Assembly (NCBI RefSeq): GCF_009914755.1
Contig: NC_060928.1
Reading direction: 5' to 3' (one strand)
DNA: 64,000 nt
Origin: the human T2T-CHM13v2.0 reference genome, Homo sapiens
The notes below the pieces were generated by a model, which worked only from the letters and a program-made list of their open reading frames with translations, was not told the DNA's origin and did no database searches. Of the stretch, positions 12,700 to 26,459 are shown piece after piece. Made by a program: the position numbers and the translations under genes. Within the stretch, counting starts at the first letter, position 1. Each line of letters opens with the position of its first letter.

Positions 12700-13790
12700 A
12701 AATGTGTAAATTAACAAAAGGTACTCATCTATAAATGAAAACCTAAACAAATCTATAGCAATTAAAGATATTTAATCATTAGAGAAAAAAATCTACATAC
12801 AAGAAAAGCAACAGGTCTATAGGTTTTAACTGTTGTGTTTTAGAAAGTTATCAAGAAATAGATAACACTTTTCTTATAACACTTCCCCAGGATTTAGAAA
12901 AAATGTTAAAGTTTCTCCACTAATTTTATGAAACTAATATGAGATTGCTAATGATGCTGCAAATATAATAGAACCAGGAAAATTATTGGGCCTTATCATT
13001 TACGAAATAGATGCCAAAATAACACAAAGATAGTAAACTGATTCCTACTGTGTGTGCATGTGTGTATATGCAAGGTAAAACAATTTCATAACTAAATATG
13101 GTTTATTCTGAGAGTAGTAAGAGGATATAAATTTAGAAAACACATTAATGTAATGCACCAAATTGACAATATGAAAAACATTGTATCAATGAATGCAGCA
13201 CCATTTAATAAAATCCAAAAATCAACATATGAAAGAAAGAATGAACAAAAGTAGTAATAGAAAGTCAATTTCCTAACCTAATTATTACTAAAAAGCAAGC
13301 AAATACAGTGATGGCAAACCATTAGAAACATCTCCTACCTTAGTTTTTCCCCCACATATCTGCCTTGAAGCGTAAGTTTAGTCAAATGAATACAAGTTCT
13401 ATGCTGCAGCTTCCAGGAGTCTTCCATAATACATACCTGGCCCATGATCTTGTTCTTTCTTCTTGTATTCTTCTTTCTTCTTGTTGCTGCTGATGTGCAG
13501 GATGCCATGAAACAAGGGATGCCAGGGTGGAAAAGGAATGAGTGTCTAACAACATATGGCACCATATCAGCCCCAAACTGACGGATTCCACTCCTCTTGA
13601 AATGTAAGAAAGAGAAACTTCCACTTCGTTTAAGCTGCTGTTACCATGATTGCTTCTTCTCAACACTGTACTAGAAAGTGTTAGCAAATGTAATGAGAGA
13701 AGAAAAAGAAATGAGATAGAAACTATCAATAAAGAAATTGATTTTTAAGAATTATATGACTATATACCTAGAAAATCACAGAGATTTAAA
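12700..13790 (+). mobile_element. Ancient L1 (L1M) ORF2 remnant, interrupted by an MLT1 LTR
   Basis: A-rich, collinear with the L1 RT region (aaaacctaaacaaatctatagc, taattttatgaaactaatat, tagatgccaaaat, ttctcaacactgtactagaaagtgttagc, tatatacctagaaaatc). No open frame. Confidence 0.7.
13360..13645 (+). mobile_element. MLT1-type MaLR solo LTR fragment
   Basis: 3' end gaaagagaaacttccacttcgtttaagctgctgtt resembles the MLT1 terminal agaaataaacttctatcttgtttaagccactgt. Confidence 0.55.
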
Positions 13791-13943
13791 TTACAAATCA
13801 ACTAGCTACAATTTCACGTCCATATAGTTTTCAGAAATTAAAAGAGCTGGTAATACCAAGTGTTCATAAAGCAATGGATAAATACAACCCCTTTTATGTT
13901 GTTGGTGGAAGTATAAAATTTTTAAAAACTATTATAGGACAAT

Positions 13944-14315
13944 GTGTAGTTAGAATTCTTTTGACTATAGGCATCAAGAACCTTATATAAAACTGACTTA
14001 ATTACCATGGAAATCTACTGTCACCATTAAAATCAGGCTTATAATGAGCAGCGGCTCTACAAGTCTTCCAGAATCCAGTCCTTTCTAATTCTCATTCTGC
14101 CATTCTTAATACCTCAGCTTAGATCACAGACTGGCCTCCTTCTTGGTGTCAGCAACATGGATCTTATCCAGACAGACAATATCCAGAAGAATATAAAATC
14201 CCTATCTTCCTGCGACACAGGAGTATGGAAACCATTTCCAGACCTATCTTTGGTGAGCATTGGTTATATGCCTATTCCCAAATCAATTACCTGCAAAGAG
14301 AATAGATTAGCATAT
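13944..14315 (-). mobile_element. Old MLT1 (J/K/L-like) LTR
   Basis: gttagaattcttttgactataggcatcaagaacc...aactgacttaa and ttggttatatgcctattcccaaatcaattac are typical antisense late-MLT1 blocks. Confidence 0.55.
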
Positions 14316-14437
14316 TAATGGGAACAAGACTTTTAACAGGTAAAATTTAGAGACTAATTCATTAAAAGTAAAAGGATAAAATCATGTATTGTAGAATTAT
14401 CAAAAAATAATACATAATAATACCAATAAAAGCACTA

Positions 14438-14812
14438 GGTAACATTTACTGGGATATTACTATATGCCAGGCACTTTCCTAAGCACTTGCCCAATTGGTA
14501 TTCATTTTTCCATGCAAAGCCCAGTGGGGGTTAGACATTTAAAATGAGACAGCCATTTCACACTATTTCAAATGCGTAAGACTGACAAAAATTAAAATGT
14601 CTAGTAACAACTAGTGTTGGTAAATATATGTGTATGAATATATACACACATACATATGACTATATGAACATATGAAATAACAGCCTCATATACTACTTAT
14701 AAAAGTTTAATGTTTCAGATGAAAAATATTCAAACATGAAGAAGTTAATTTACTTGCCCAAAGTCACAAAACTAGTGAATGGCAGAAACAGGATTTGACC
14801 CAGATAGTCTAT
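14438..14812 (-). mobile_element. MIR split by an old L1-like fragment (about 14540-14700)
   Basis: MIR tail taacatttactggg...tatatgccaggcactttcctaagcac and MIR core tttcagatgaaaaa...ttgcccaaagtcaca...gaatggcagaaacaggatttgacccag flank aaatgagacagccatttcacac...agtgttgg. Confidence 0.65.
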
Positions 14813-14879
14813 AAGTAGTTAAAATAAATAACTAGATTCATATGTATCAATGCAGGAAATATGAAAAATATAATCTTGA

Positions 14880-15500
14880 GTAGATGGTAGCCCTTCACCA
14901 GAAAAGGAAATGTATAAAAACAGCATGTTTGTCAAGGGGGAGAGGATTGTTATGAGTTCATTTGGGGGTAGGTTTTATTAAGGATATAGAATATTGGGGG
15001 CAATGCCCCACATTCAAATATGCAACTATCCAGGAGGAAACCAGATATAAAGATTCTAAAAAAGGTGTTTGTATCTGGAGAGTTGAGTATTATAATGCAG
15101 TGGCTGAAATTGAGCAAGTAGATTTAAAGTGAATGAGCAAGTAGATTTAAAGTGAAAAGAGAGAAGTAGGAAAGAAACAGCATTGACATTCAGGGAGAAA
15201 TAAGACAGAAAAAGGGCCTATGAGAGAACACAAGAGGGGTTACAGAAGAGATTGGTATCCCAGATAATAACTAAGGGGTGAGATTTACAAAGATTATGGC
15301 TAATAATGTCAAATGAGGCAGAGAGTGGTGAAAACACTTGGCAATTAGTGTATCAGTGAAGACCTTTCTGAAACCACTTTCAAATGCAGTTACAGTTAGA
15401 AGCCTGCATCATTGCCTTAAAAGTTCATAGGGTACGAGTAGGGGGATATGTGAAATGCAGACTATTTTTCAGAGAGGCATGATTGGTGAATTAAAAATGA
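14880..15500 (-). mobile_element. Degenerate L2 body fragment
   Basis: Purine-rich antisense L2-like phrases (atgagttcatttggggg, aatgtcaaatgaggcagagag, ttggcaattag, gcagactatttttc). Confidence 0.5.
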
Positions 15501-15534
15501 ATATTAGAGCATTAGCTAGAGAGAATTAAGAGTT

Positions 15535-15850
<316 letters not shown>

Positions 15851-16569
15851 GGGAGTGAAGAGTTCTATAGAAAAACATGGTAATATTTTCAGCTTGTGTG
15901 AAACAGTCAGTAGAGGAAGAGATTTAAAATACTGGGGTGATGGGAAAGAGTAGGACTTATAGGAGCAACATCTGGGAGAAGATGGGAAGCAGTAGATCAG
16001 GCACACAGGTGGAGAACTTAGCCTTGAACGTGAGAAATAATGAGGAAGAGAACAAGGGATCTCCCAGATGAGAGGGGAGACAGATGGAACACAGAAAGGA
16101 GAGCAATGAGTTTTATCCTGCTGTGTTTCCAATCAGATTTTCCCCGAAGGGATACTTGGCCAGGAAAACAGGAAACAGACAGGTGGTCTAAGGTCTGTAG
16201 GGTAAAGTTAATATATAGTTGCTTGATTATCCAGTCGAATTGTAGGACCAAAGAAGAAAAAGGAGTAGATTAAAAGCAATTACTGCAAATTTATGAATCA
16301 CATCAGTTGTCCAGACACAAGTCTGACCTAAATCTTTCCCTCCCTTAGTGAATGGATCTGGAGTACTCCCTATATGGAGGCCATTCTAAACTCAGCACCA
16401 ACAAACTAGACCAGAAAAGAGTGAAAGGAAAGTCCCCCAGGATGTCAGTACCAAAAGCCAGCTAATGATCATCTACACAAACCCTCTTTCACAGAGGAGA
16501 AAAGCAAATCTCACTAGGGTACACAACAGCCCACTATCACTGAATTATGGATTGGTGATGACTATGCTT

Positions 16570-16768
16570 CCTTTTTATCCCTTTAGCACTTATGAACTTC
16601 TAACACATTCAATATTTTTCTTCTTTAATTCATTTATTACCTCCTCCCATGAGAATGCGATCGCCCTCAGAAGGATTTTTGTCTCTTTTACTTACTGTTG
16701 TTACCTCAGCCTTCAACGTATGTCTGGCATTTAGAATGCACTTGATCATTATTTGCTGAATGAATGAA
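16570..16768 (+). mobile_element. L2 3' end
   Basis: Terminates gtctggcatttagaatgcacttgatcattatttgctgaatgaatgaat. Confidence 0.75.
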
Positions 16769-19099
16769 TTACATCTTCTCCACTATACTTTTTACTTCCC
16801 TATTATACGTTCCATGCAGAGCTCTTAGAAGTGAAGTTGATAGTTGTAAAAACCACTTCCATGCAAATACATTTTTCATAAACTCTGCTACCTTATTGGG
16901 TACATAAAACCCCAAGGTTGTACAGAATTCAAATCTAGGACTGTCTGGCTTCAGAGTCATATATTGGATGAATTCGACCCATTCAGTTAGTTTTCTCTGA
17001 AAAGAAAACTAAAGAAATTTTTGTGACAATAACAAAACAATGACTTTTTCTTAAAAAAGTAGGAAAGATAAAAAAGAAGGAAAATGGAATCAGTATTATA
17101 GGAAAAACTCTATAGAGTTTACACAGCAGTGAGCTTCCTGATGTATTTTTTCATATATCTACATTTATATCTTTATCCACACTGTTATGTCTATGTTATA
17201 ATACTCAAGAGAAATATGGTGGAAAGAATTCACTGGGCCTGTTGCTAGGTGAGTGTTAAGAAAATTGCAACTTCGTATGACCCTTCATCTGCTGTAGGAG
17301 ATTCTCTATTTTTCTCTTTTTGTGTGAAAAAAGATGAGGATGAAAGACTATGGAGTTGGTAGCTACAAAGAAGAGAGTTGGTAGTTCCTAGGTGTATGAG
17401 AGAGGCTTTTCCTACTCTCTCTGAAGTGCAATCTATTTTTTTCAGGAGTCATTTCCAGGGAAGGGAAGGAACAACACACTGAATGAGGACATGTCCACCT
17501 CAGGGGAGCCAGGTACAACCACAGAAGCAGCTTATGTAACAAAGGGTTCATTTGTGGAATTAGTTAAGGAATCAAGTTTTATATTTGTAAGAGATGCAAG
17601 TGAGCATTTAAAGATTCACATTGCCTGGGACTTTCCAGTATCATTTTGCAACCCAGATCCTTAATGGCAAATGTATAGATTAGTAGTGTGTGTGAGAAAT
17701 TTTATACATGTAATAAGACGTCAAATAGGATATGTATTTCTAAAGTTGCTGTTATGATCCAAAACCAAGAACCAATGTACCTCATGTTCTATGTTCGGGG
17801 ACCCCATCATCTTCCTAGCAGGGATTACGGGGAAGAACCTGTTTAGAAAATGTGTATCCAACAACTCCTTCCACTTGGTGGCATCATCCCGATCAAAGCA
17901 AGAGGAAGGCTGACTGGGGAGAGAGGCATTAAGATTTGGGGAGAGAGTTGAGTTTGGGTATGAAATGAAAGTACGGTTTCTCCCCTTTTAATGAAAAGGG
18001 GGAAACCTCTAAGAGAATCCCATAAAGATTGACAGGCCCTGCAAGAGGAACCTGGCCGAATGTGCGCTGAGCAGTAGAACACAAAGCTTCTCTTTTGTGC
18101 CATCACTAATGCTGAGTACAGTCATAAAGAGTGGGTTCTGGAAGAGCATTGAGAGTCCGAAGTGTAGAACTTTATCCTTTTCAGTATCCTTCTTCCACCA
18201 GGAGGAAGAAGAACTGTGTCTCTGAAGTTTGGGAAGTATACGTAGACATGGAGTCTGGCCTTGAGCTTTCTGTAGTAGAAAGGCCCATGTCAGCAGCCCT
18301 TAAAGGGACAGGGTGAGGTGTACTCGGGGGAAAGATGGTAGTAACCATACTCCTCCCAATTTTCCGTGATACACCACAGTGTAAAAGAGGACCCCAGTGG
18401 TTTCCACGGCTACACAGAAAATTCATGGAGGGTAGCAGAAGAAGATGAGCCATGGAGCTGCCAGGTGGCTGCCAGTCCAATCTTTTAAGGTTCAATTTAG
18501 GGAAAAGGTAATGATGCCTAATCTTCTGTAAAAGGAAAACTCCCCTGTGGGGGTACCTGTAAGTATGTGGGTAAAGGCCAGCTGACAGAATGTCAGAGAA
18601 AATGTCATGCTCCCATATGACATGAAGGGAAATACTCATTTTCTTCTCAAGCCCTAATCAGCAAGTATCTCAATTTTCTTACTTTCTTTTCATCAAAATA
18701 GGAGAAGGATATGACTTTCTTTGTTGTTATCATAAGTGAGAAAAGATACAGAATTCAGAAAAAAATAGCCAGAGAGTACCAAATGCCTAAGGAAGAGAGA
18801 GATTAAGTAGAGTTTTGGGATCAACAAAAATAAATAAGGAATTCTCAGAATACTAAGCAATTAATGGTAGAAATCTTTAAAAAATTTTTTTGGATAAAAT
18901 AAAGCTCCTAAGGAACACTGTTGAATAAAGGCTTGGTACATAAGCAGAGAATCAGGATCATTTATAAATAATAACAAAGACTCAGATACAAGTAAGCAGC
19001 AACCCACAGCAGATAAGTGTGAGAAAATCATGGTGTAGGAAACACCAAATAGAGTTAGGAGAATTGGGATAATGCAAGAAGAGAAATCAGGCCAGGACC

Positions 19100-19715
19100 T
19101 ATGGTACATTATATTTTCCAAGGATGGACACCACAGTATACTTCATCCCCCATGCTCCATTTACAATGGCATTGACCATCCTTCCATCAAGTAGTGGGAT
19201 CCCTGTCCCTAGCACCCACCTCCCCTAGGACCCAGGCAGACCTTTATGACTGCTTTGCTCAATAGAATACAGTAGAAGTAATGCTTTGTAACTTCCAAGG
19301 CTAGGTTATAAAAAATTCTGTTCAACCTTGCTCTCTTAGGACTTTTTCTCAGTAAGCCCTGATACCTTGATGTGAGAAGGCCAAGAAGAAGCCTATAGAG
19401 ATGCCCACAAGAGGAGACTAAAGCTGAGAGAAACTGAGGCCCCTGGCCCTAGAGCTTTCACTGAGCTCCAGCTGACAACCATCATCAAATCACCAGTCAT
19501 GTGACTGTGCCATGATGGGAGGGAATCACCCAGTGTCCAAATGATCTGATGCCACATGTAAAAGAGAAGAGCCTTCCCCTTTGAGCCCTGCCCAGATTGC
19601 TACTCTGCACCAAGTAAGTGGTGGCTGTTATCTTAAGCCACTAGCATTTAAGATTTTATTTTTTTGGGTGCAGGGTGGGAGTTGGTGTGACATAGCAATT
19701 GATGACCAGGATAGA
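19100..19715 (+). mobile_element. MLT1G/F-like MaLR solo LTR
   Basis: tatattttccaaggatgg start, aatagaatacagtagaagtaatgctttgtaacttccaaggctagg body, cttaagccactag...atagcaattgatgaccaggata end. Confidence 0.8.
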
Positions 19716-20279
19716 ACCAAAAAGGGATTATTTACTTAGCCAGAGTTACTTAAGAGAGTTCTGCTGTTCCTTTGGCCAAGAAATTGAACATTTTTATTAG
19801 TACTACATTTTGTATTATGTGAGTTCTCCATGATATGTTACCTCCTTAATAAACTATGTGTAGAGCATTTTCACTTCATTGTGTAGTTCAGGTCGTCTCT
19901 TTAATCCTCTCAGTAGTCTTTATTAAATTTCGAATTAAAGAACAGTTTAGTTTTAGTTCACTGTATGGAATGGTCAACTTCAAATAACAACAGTGATCGA
20001 GAGCCTGTTGTTCAAAAGTGGTATGGCATGTGAGCAACACTTTTTACAAAATTCTCATTTGCCTGGGCTATGTTTTGACTAAGTGAGTGGCATACCAAAG
20101 TTGTTAAGAACTGATATGTGGGCGAAATGACACTGCCTGAAATTTCTTTCCCAAAGCAGAGTGGTACATTTACAAGAAGTATAATCCAGAATCTTTCATG
20201 TAACAATAATTAGTATGAGGATGCATTAAGTTTGTGTATGTAAAATATGCATAGCACATACATTATTCACTTACCAGTA

Positions 20280-20810
20280 GGTCAGCAAAGAATTATTAAA
20301 TGCAACTGTGCTCCAATATAGAACTAGACCTAGGAGATATAGCAGGGAACAAAACACAGTGGCCCCTGATAGGACACTCAGATGATAAACGGATATATAC
20401 AACTCAGAATGTTGAGAAGTATACAAAAAAATGAAACTGGTAAACAGGATAGCATATCAAGGTAGGGTGAGGGTGGGTAGGCAAGGCTGCTATTTCATAT
20501 CAGATGTTCAGGGAAAACCATCTCTGGTATGATAACCTTTGAACCTACATCTTCTGGAAGGAAGAGCAAATGAAGTAGCTACCTAGGAGAAGGGCATTTC
20601 AGGTAAGCAGAACTGCAAGTGTAAATACCAAGAGTAATGTTAACGTGTTGGAGGGACAGCAAAGACATCAGTGTTGTTGATGAAGGATAAGACACACAAA
20701 GAAATCAGTGTGTCTTTGAAGGATAAAAAGTACCGAAGGCAGGAAGCAGATCACGTACACATGTAGACTATTGTAGAGGCCGTTGAAGAGATTTTAGCTT
20801 TTATTGAGTA
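20280..20810 (-). mobile_element. L2 fragment
   Basis: ctaggagatatagcagggaacaaaaca, ttcagggaaaacc, gaagggcatttcaggtaagcagaactgcaagtgtaaa: antisense L2 3' region. Confidence 0.65.
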
Positions 20811-20828
20811 ATTATAAATATTCATATA

Positions 20829-21566
20829 TGTCATGGACTGAATGTTTGTGTATCTTCAAATTCATATGTTAAACCCCTGTATTAGTCTGTTCTCATGCTG
20901 CTTTGAAGAAGTATCAGGGACTGGGTAATTTATAAAGAAAAGAGGGTTAATTGACTCACAGTTCTGTATGGCTGGAGAGGCTTCAGGAAACTTACAATCA
21001 TAGCAGAAGGCACCTCTTCACATGGCAGCAGGGGAGAGAATGAGTGTCAGCAGGGGAAATGCCAGAGGCTTATAAAACCATCAGATCTTGTGAGAACTCT
21101 CTTACTATCATGAAAACAGAATGGAGGAACTGTCCTCATGATCCAATTACCTCCCACTGGGTGCCTCCCACAACACATGGGGATTATTACAATTCAAGAT
21201 TAGATTTGGGTGGGGACACAGAGCCAAACCATATCAACCCCTAACTCCCGACGTGATGATATTTGGAGATGAGGCCTTTGGAAGGTAATTTGAATTAGAT
21301 TAGATTATGAAAGTGGAACCCTTATGACAGGATTAGGGAAAGAGACCAGAGCTCACTCTCCTTGGCAGTCACTGAGGAAAGGCCACAAGAGGAAAAACGA
21401 GAAAGCAGCCATCTATAAGTCAGAAAGAGAGCCCTCTCCAGAACCTGATCCTGCTGGCACCCTGATCATGCACATCCAGCCCCCAGAACTGTGAGAAAAC
21501 AAATATCTGTTGTTTAACTCACCAGTCTGTGGTATTTTGTTATGGCAGCCCAAGCTGACTAAGACA
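20829..21566 (+). mobile_element. MLT1A/A0 solo LTR interrupted by a THE1 LTR
   Basis: Starts tgtcatggactgaatgtttgtg and ends ttttgttatggcagcccaagctgactaagaca. Near-TSD atata / atcta. Confidence 0.88.
20878..21236 (-). mobile_element. THE1 (THE1D-like) MaLR solo LTR
   Basis: Minus strand begins tgatatggtttggctctgtgtccccacccaaatct and ends gactaataca. Perfect 5-bp TSD acccc at 20873-20877 and 21237-21241. Confidence 0.93.
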
Positions 21567-23099
21567 ATCTAGCCATAACTACTACGGTATACAGTATAAC
21601 TGCAATGTCAATCAGCTTTAATTCAACACTGAAATTTTTTTTCTAAATACTCTTTTTGTCTTCTCTGATTTCCTCAGTCCACTACTAGCTTTCTGGTAAC
21701 AAAAGTACTAATTGCACAGTTCATTGACTGAAATTGCTTAATAGTCAGTTTCAATTACAATGACTTTTCCAGTTATATTTCTACTATTCTGTTTTTGTGC
21801 AAATTTGAGCAAAAATATGAGCTTTGGGAGGTGTGTCTCTCTCTGCTAATTGGAATGTCTTCTGTTAAAGTCTTTTGCAAGCTGTGTCACAAAAATTTAA
21901 ATGAAAAATCTTCTCTAATATGCATATTACAATTTTATTGGTAGGAATTTTACAGATTGCCCTGGCAGATTCTCACTCATTATGTAGAACGCTTTCTGTC
22001 TATAGTTACTTATTTGTTTGTTTAGTTATTAATTATTTTTTCTCTTATCATTTGATGTTTCCCTTGCTTAAAACAGGTGGGGTTTTGTGGCTACTGCTGA
22101 GTTCATGTTCTCTCTGTTTCTGGCTTGCAGGAGTGCTCACACACCTTGGAATGGTGGAGCTTTCAAGGATGCAGAGAATCACTTCCCTTTTTAGAGCCCT
22201 CATACCTTCACCTTCTCAACCTTTTCTCTGTTACTTGGGCCACTTCTTCCTGGCTTGTCACTGCTTCTGCTTCTTCTCCTTTTTCATTTGGCAGGCCCAG
22301 CGTTTGTATTCAGGCTCCTTGGCTCAGATTTTTTTCTGATATTTTTATCAACTTTCTGGAAAATGGGAGGGGCTCTTTATTGTGTCTCACTCAAGACTGT
22401 TTTTTGTTTTGTTTTGTTTTGGAGGGAAAATAATTGGCTTCTTATCTCCAGAAAAGAAACACGCAAGAAACTAACAACCCAACCACCCTTAGCTCTGGGA
22501 CTTCCTACTCCCAGCCTTTAAGACTCATCTACTGTGAAGTGAAGGTATAAATGGTGCTTCAGAACCTCTTGCCCTTTAACTTTCAATGATCAGAATAGGC
22601 TCTGAAGTGGAAATAACAGTGAGATTATGAGTTATCATCTGGGCCCACAATAGACTTCTAAGAATGGGATAATTTATCATTTGGGGAAAAGGTAAACTTA
22701 TAATAAAAAATGCCTCATCTCATGCAGTACTTTCCACGCAGACATAAATGTAATATTTATGTCTCAGAGAAATCAGGGCCACAAAAATAAAGTGAGTAGA
22801 GAGTATTGTTGAGACTCAAAAATGCAGTTTTTCCAACTTTAATTCTCCATCTTTCATGGCAGCTTTGGTCTTTATGCTTATGAGTCATAGTAAGAAAATT
22901 TTGAAACAAAGCTGACAAGATTTATGAAAATTTCATTCCATTAGTTTTTGGAAGAAAGTAGGCATTCGTTTCTCTCATATGTCAGTGTCTCAACTGTGTT
23001 GAGCACTACAGCAAAAACGTTGATCTGGTTTACAGAGAGGTAAATAATCCTGTTACATTTGTCCTAGGTAACTTTAAAAAGCAACTATAATTCTGAATT

Positions 23100-23320
23100 T
23101 TAGAGTCAAACAGAACTGGCTGTAGCTCTTATTCCTGGTGTAGACTTGAACCATTTACTTAAACTAATTAAGCCTCAATTTCTCTCTCTGAAAAATCAAA
23201 ATGATATTCATGCCTGCCTCTTAGGGATACTATAAGAATTGCATGAGGAAATGAAACATAAAGCACTTAGCAGTGTACCTGACACAGCGCAAATTCTCAG
23301 TAAATGTTAGATAATATTAG
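23100..23320 (+). mobile_element. MIR SINE
   Basis: agagtcaaacagaactgg...aagcctcaatttctctctctgaaaaat...aaagcacttagcagtgtacctgacacag...agtaaatgttag. Confidence 0.8.
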
Positions 23321-24736
23321 ACTTGTTATTGTTATGATTGTTGTGCATTTCCATTGCTTGTAACTAATGAATAGTGACATAACAAAGTGCTTTCCTCCAT
23401 AAACAAGTGTAAACTTCAGTCGAGTTACTTAGGCTTTCTTATACCTCATATAATCTCCTTACATGTGAGGTTTCTTATACATATAGTGAAGTATAACAGC
23501 TGCGTAACCTTCATAAGCTACTTTGGATCATCATTTTACTGTCCAAATGATAATATTTAATGACAGAGGTTCTGTGACTTGCTGGGTCTCCAATCACAAG
23601 TCTGAATTAGGACAGGCCCTTCAGGGGGTGGAAGTCTGCTCCTCTTCTCCCTTCATGACACAGCCTCACTCTCCATGATCACCATTCATAATCAGAAATG
23701 ACATCAGAAATATGTACTAAAATAGTACATAATGACAATAACTTATCATGATATACAGCCTTTCATGTAGAGGGCACAAAGATTTGACTTTAGTGATTTT
23801 CAAACACAAGTAACTGCTGTTCTATGCCTGTCCCTTCTATCTAATAATTAAGACCTTAATACATTTTAAATAATAATAAGACCCAGTTATTAGTGTTCTA
23901 CTAATGATAAATAATTTACATATATATTGTTTTCCTTATTCTTCAGGTAATGAAACTGAAAGTTAACTAAGTTAAAAAAAATGTCTTGACCAAAATCAAA
24001 AATCAGTAAATAGTAGGTGGGACCGCCAGGTTTAACTCTTGCTCATCAGGCACAAAGGAAGCAGCCCTAGCCAACATACCTGCTCATACAACATATGGAC
24101 TATTGCTAAGGAAGATTTTTCAGACAGCCATTGTAGGCAAAATTATTCCCCCAAATGAACAATACCAAACTGTAGTATATATGGTGCTGCTTTCCTTTCC
24201 CCATGCATAATTCAGGTGGTGGTCGACCCATAGGGGCTACACCTGTTACTCCACAGACTGCCTACAAATTCTACAGAATAAATAATAGAAGAGCTTGATG
24301 GATTCTTGTGAATTTACACACCATGCCAAAATTTCCAGCAACCTAGCTCCACCAGTTTCTGTGTTAGTTGACGTGGGGCAGAATATTTACATTGCTGATT
24401 TCTACAGGATGTAATAAGAGCTGTGTAGCAATAAAGGGTCATTTAGGTCATCTATTGGACTGAACTTACATTTTAACAATTGTGGGTGAGATGCATTCTT
24501 AACAATCTTGAAATAAACTCAGCTGTATTTGATATATGGGGAAGCCACAGTAGGTGGTATATATTGGAGTGGCTACAGGCATTTGCTGGGGGTGTTTTAT
24601 TTTGCACGTGCATGGAAAGCTCAGAGCAAATGCAGTTTGTATTCCAAAAATGACATTATATAGCTTTACAAGAATATGGTCCTTAACATGAACTAAGGCA
24701 TCTTTTGTGCTTCATATTTAGTATTTAGATAAATAA

Positions 24737-25053
<317 letters not shown>

Positions 25054-25689
25054 GTAATGTAGTTATTTTTAATAACTGTTTTGCTAAAATAGTTGTGATC
25101 TATACAGGAAGCACTGTCTTTTCTAAATTGTGTCAGGTATGTACTGTCTTCAGTTTACACTTTCAGAGCACAGTTTCAATGGCTCACATATGCACACACA
25201 ATCCTCAGGGTTGATGGTTAAGAAATAAATACTAATGACTTGGCTCTTCTGCAGCAGAGCTTCTCTGCTAAACCTCTTGGGTCTAGTCCTTGGGTGTACC
25301 ATACTTAGAATTCCTTCCCAGAGCAGTTCAATCTTCTTGATATGGTGCCAGTTGGCATAGCTTCCTGGTGAATATGTCCCACAAGTGACATGACTAAAAT
25401 GAGACAGCCCAAATCCACAGTTATCAGCTACTAATAATCCTGTCAAGGCAAGTCTTTGCTTAGAAACTTGGAAATTGTACTTGATACATCAAGATGACTT
25501 TATAGAACTGTAGCAATTTTTTTTCTACTACAGTGAATAATTCTCATGCAATATTCATATTTTGATTTTTGTTGTTGCATTTTAAGTGGTTGTGTTTATT
25601 TACATCAGAAAAAATATCACATGATCTTTCTTATATGGATATACCATTGAAAGAGCTCCATCCCAAGTCATTCCTTTCCATGATTTTCT

Positions 25690-25895
25690 ATCTCACCTCC
25701 TTTTTTGGGTTTAATTTATATTTCTCACTCATTACAATTTGTAATTACTTTATTTCTTCATTTTACATCTGTTCCATAGGATACAGAATATGTCTGTTTT
25801 ATTCACCATTGGATCAAACATTATAAATGACAATGTAAAGGCCCTTAATAACTATTTGTTTAATGAATGAGTGAATAAAGAAATGAATGGATGAA
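25690..25895 (+). mobile_element. L2 3' end
   Basis: gtctgttttattcaccatt...aataactatttgtttaatgaatgagtgaataaagaaatgaatggatgaa. Confidence 0.65.
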
Positions 25896-26459
25896 ATAAA
25901 AGATAGGTATTAACAACTTAAGCAATCACCACTTTAGCTCTGCAAATACTTTTTGAGAAGTCCAACAAGAGGCAGTCTCTCTAATATTTTAAAATATTTT
26001 TCCACAGACAACTGGGCTGAGAATGGTAGGCTTTGGATGAAATCATTGGGGAAAGGGAGGAAAGGAGTGTGACTAAGTATGGGAATTATCTTTGTTTCAA
26101 TTTGCCCTAATAAGTTCAAATTTCATACTGAGGTGGGGACAGAATAGTCTTTATTTTAAGAAAAAAAAAAAGCAGTTTTGTAATCTTTAGGCCAGTTTCT
26201 AGAACGACTATGGGCATTAGCAAAATCCTTGATCTGGAAGCCAGCCTTGAGGAGGTTCCTTTTGTGAGTCTTGTCCTCTCATAGCAAAGATTTGGATATT
26301 CCAAGCAGGCCTCAGTAGTCTGTGCAAGTGCTAATGTATGAATCAAAAGGGTGCCTGCTGACTGTCACCTACATGCTATTGACTTTAGAGTCAATATTCA
26401 TAGAAAGCAAATGGAAATAAAGGTACTGGACAAAGTAAACTCTAATAACCTTCCTCAGG

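Noticed and set aside
18181-18639. Longest ORF in the window (152 aa, minus strand)
   Set aside because: No recognisable domain, splice context or coding-like composition; this length can occur by chance in 64 kb.
21920-22521. Three overlapping hydrophobic + strand ORFs
   Set aside because: T-rich composition explains the hydrophobicity and scarcity of stops; starts are non-ATG or weak; no known family recognised.
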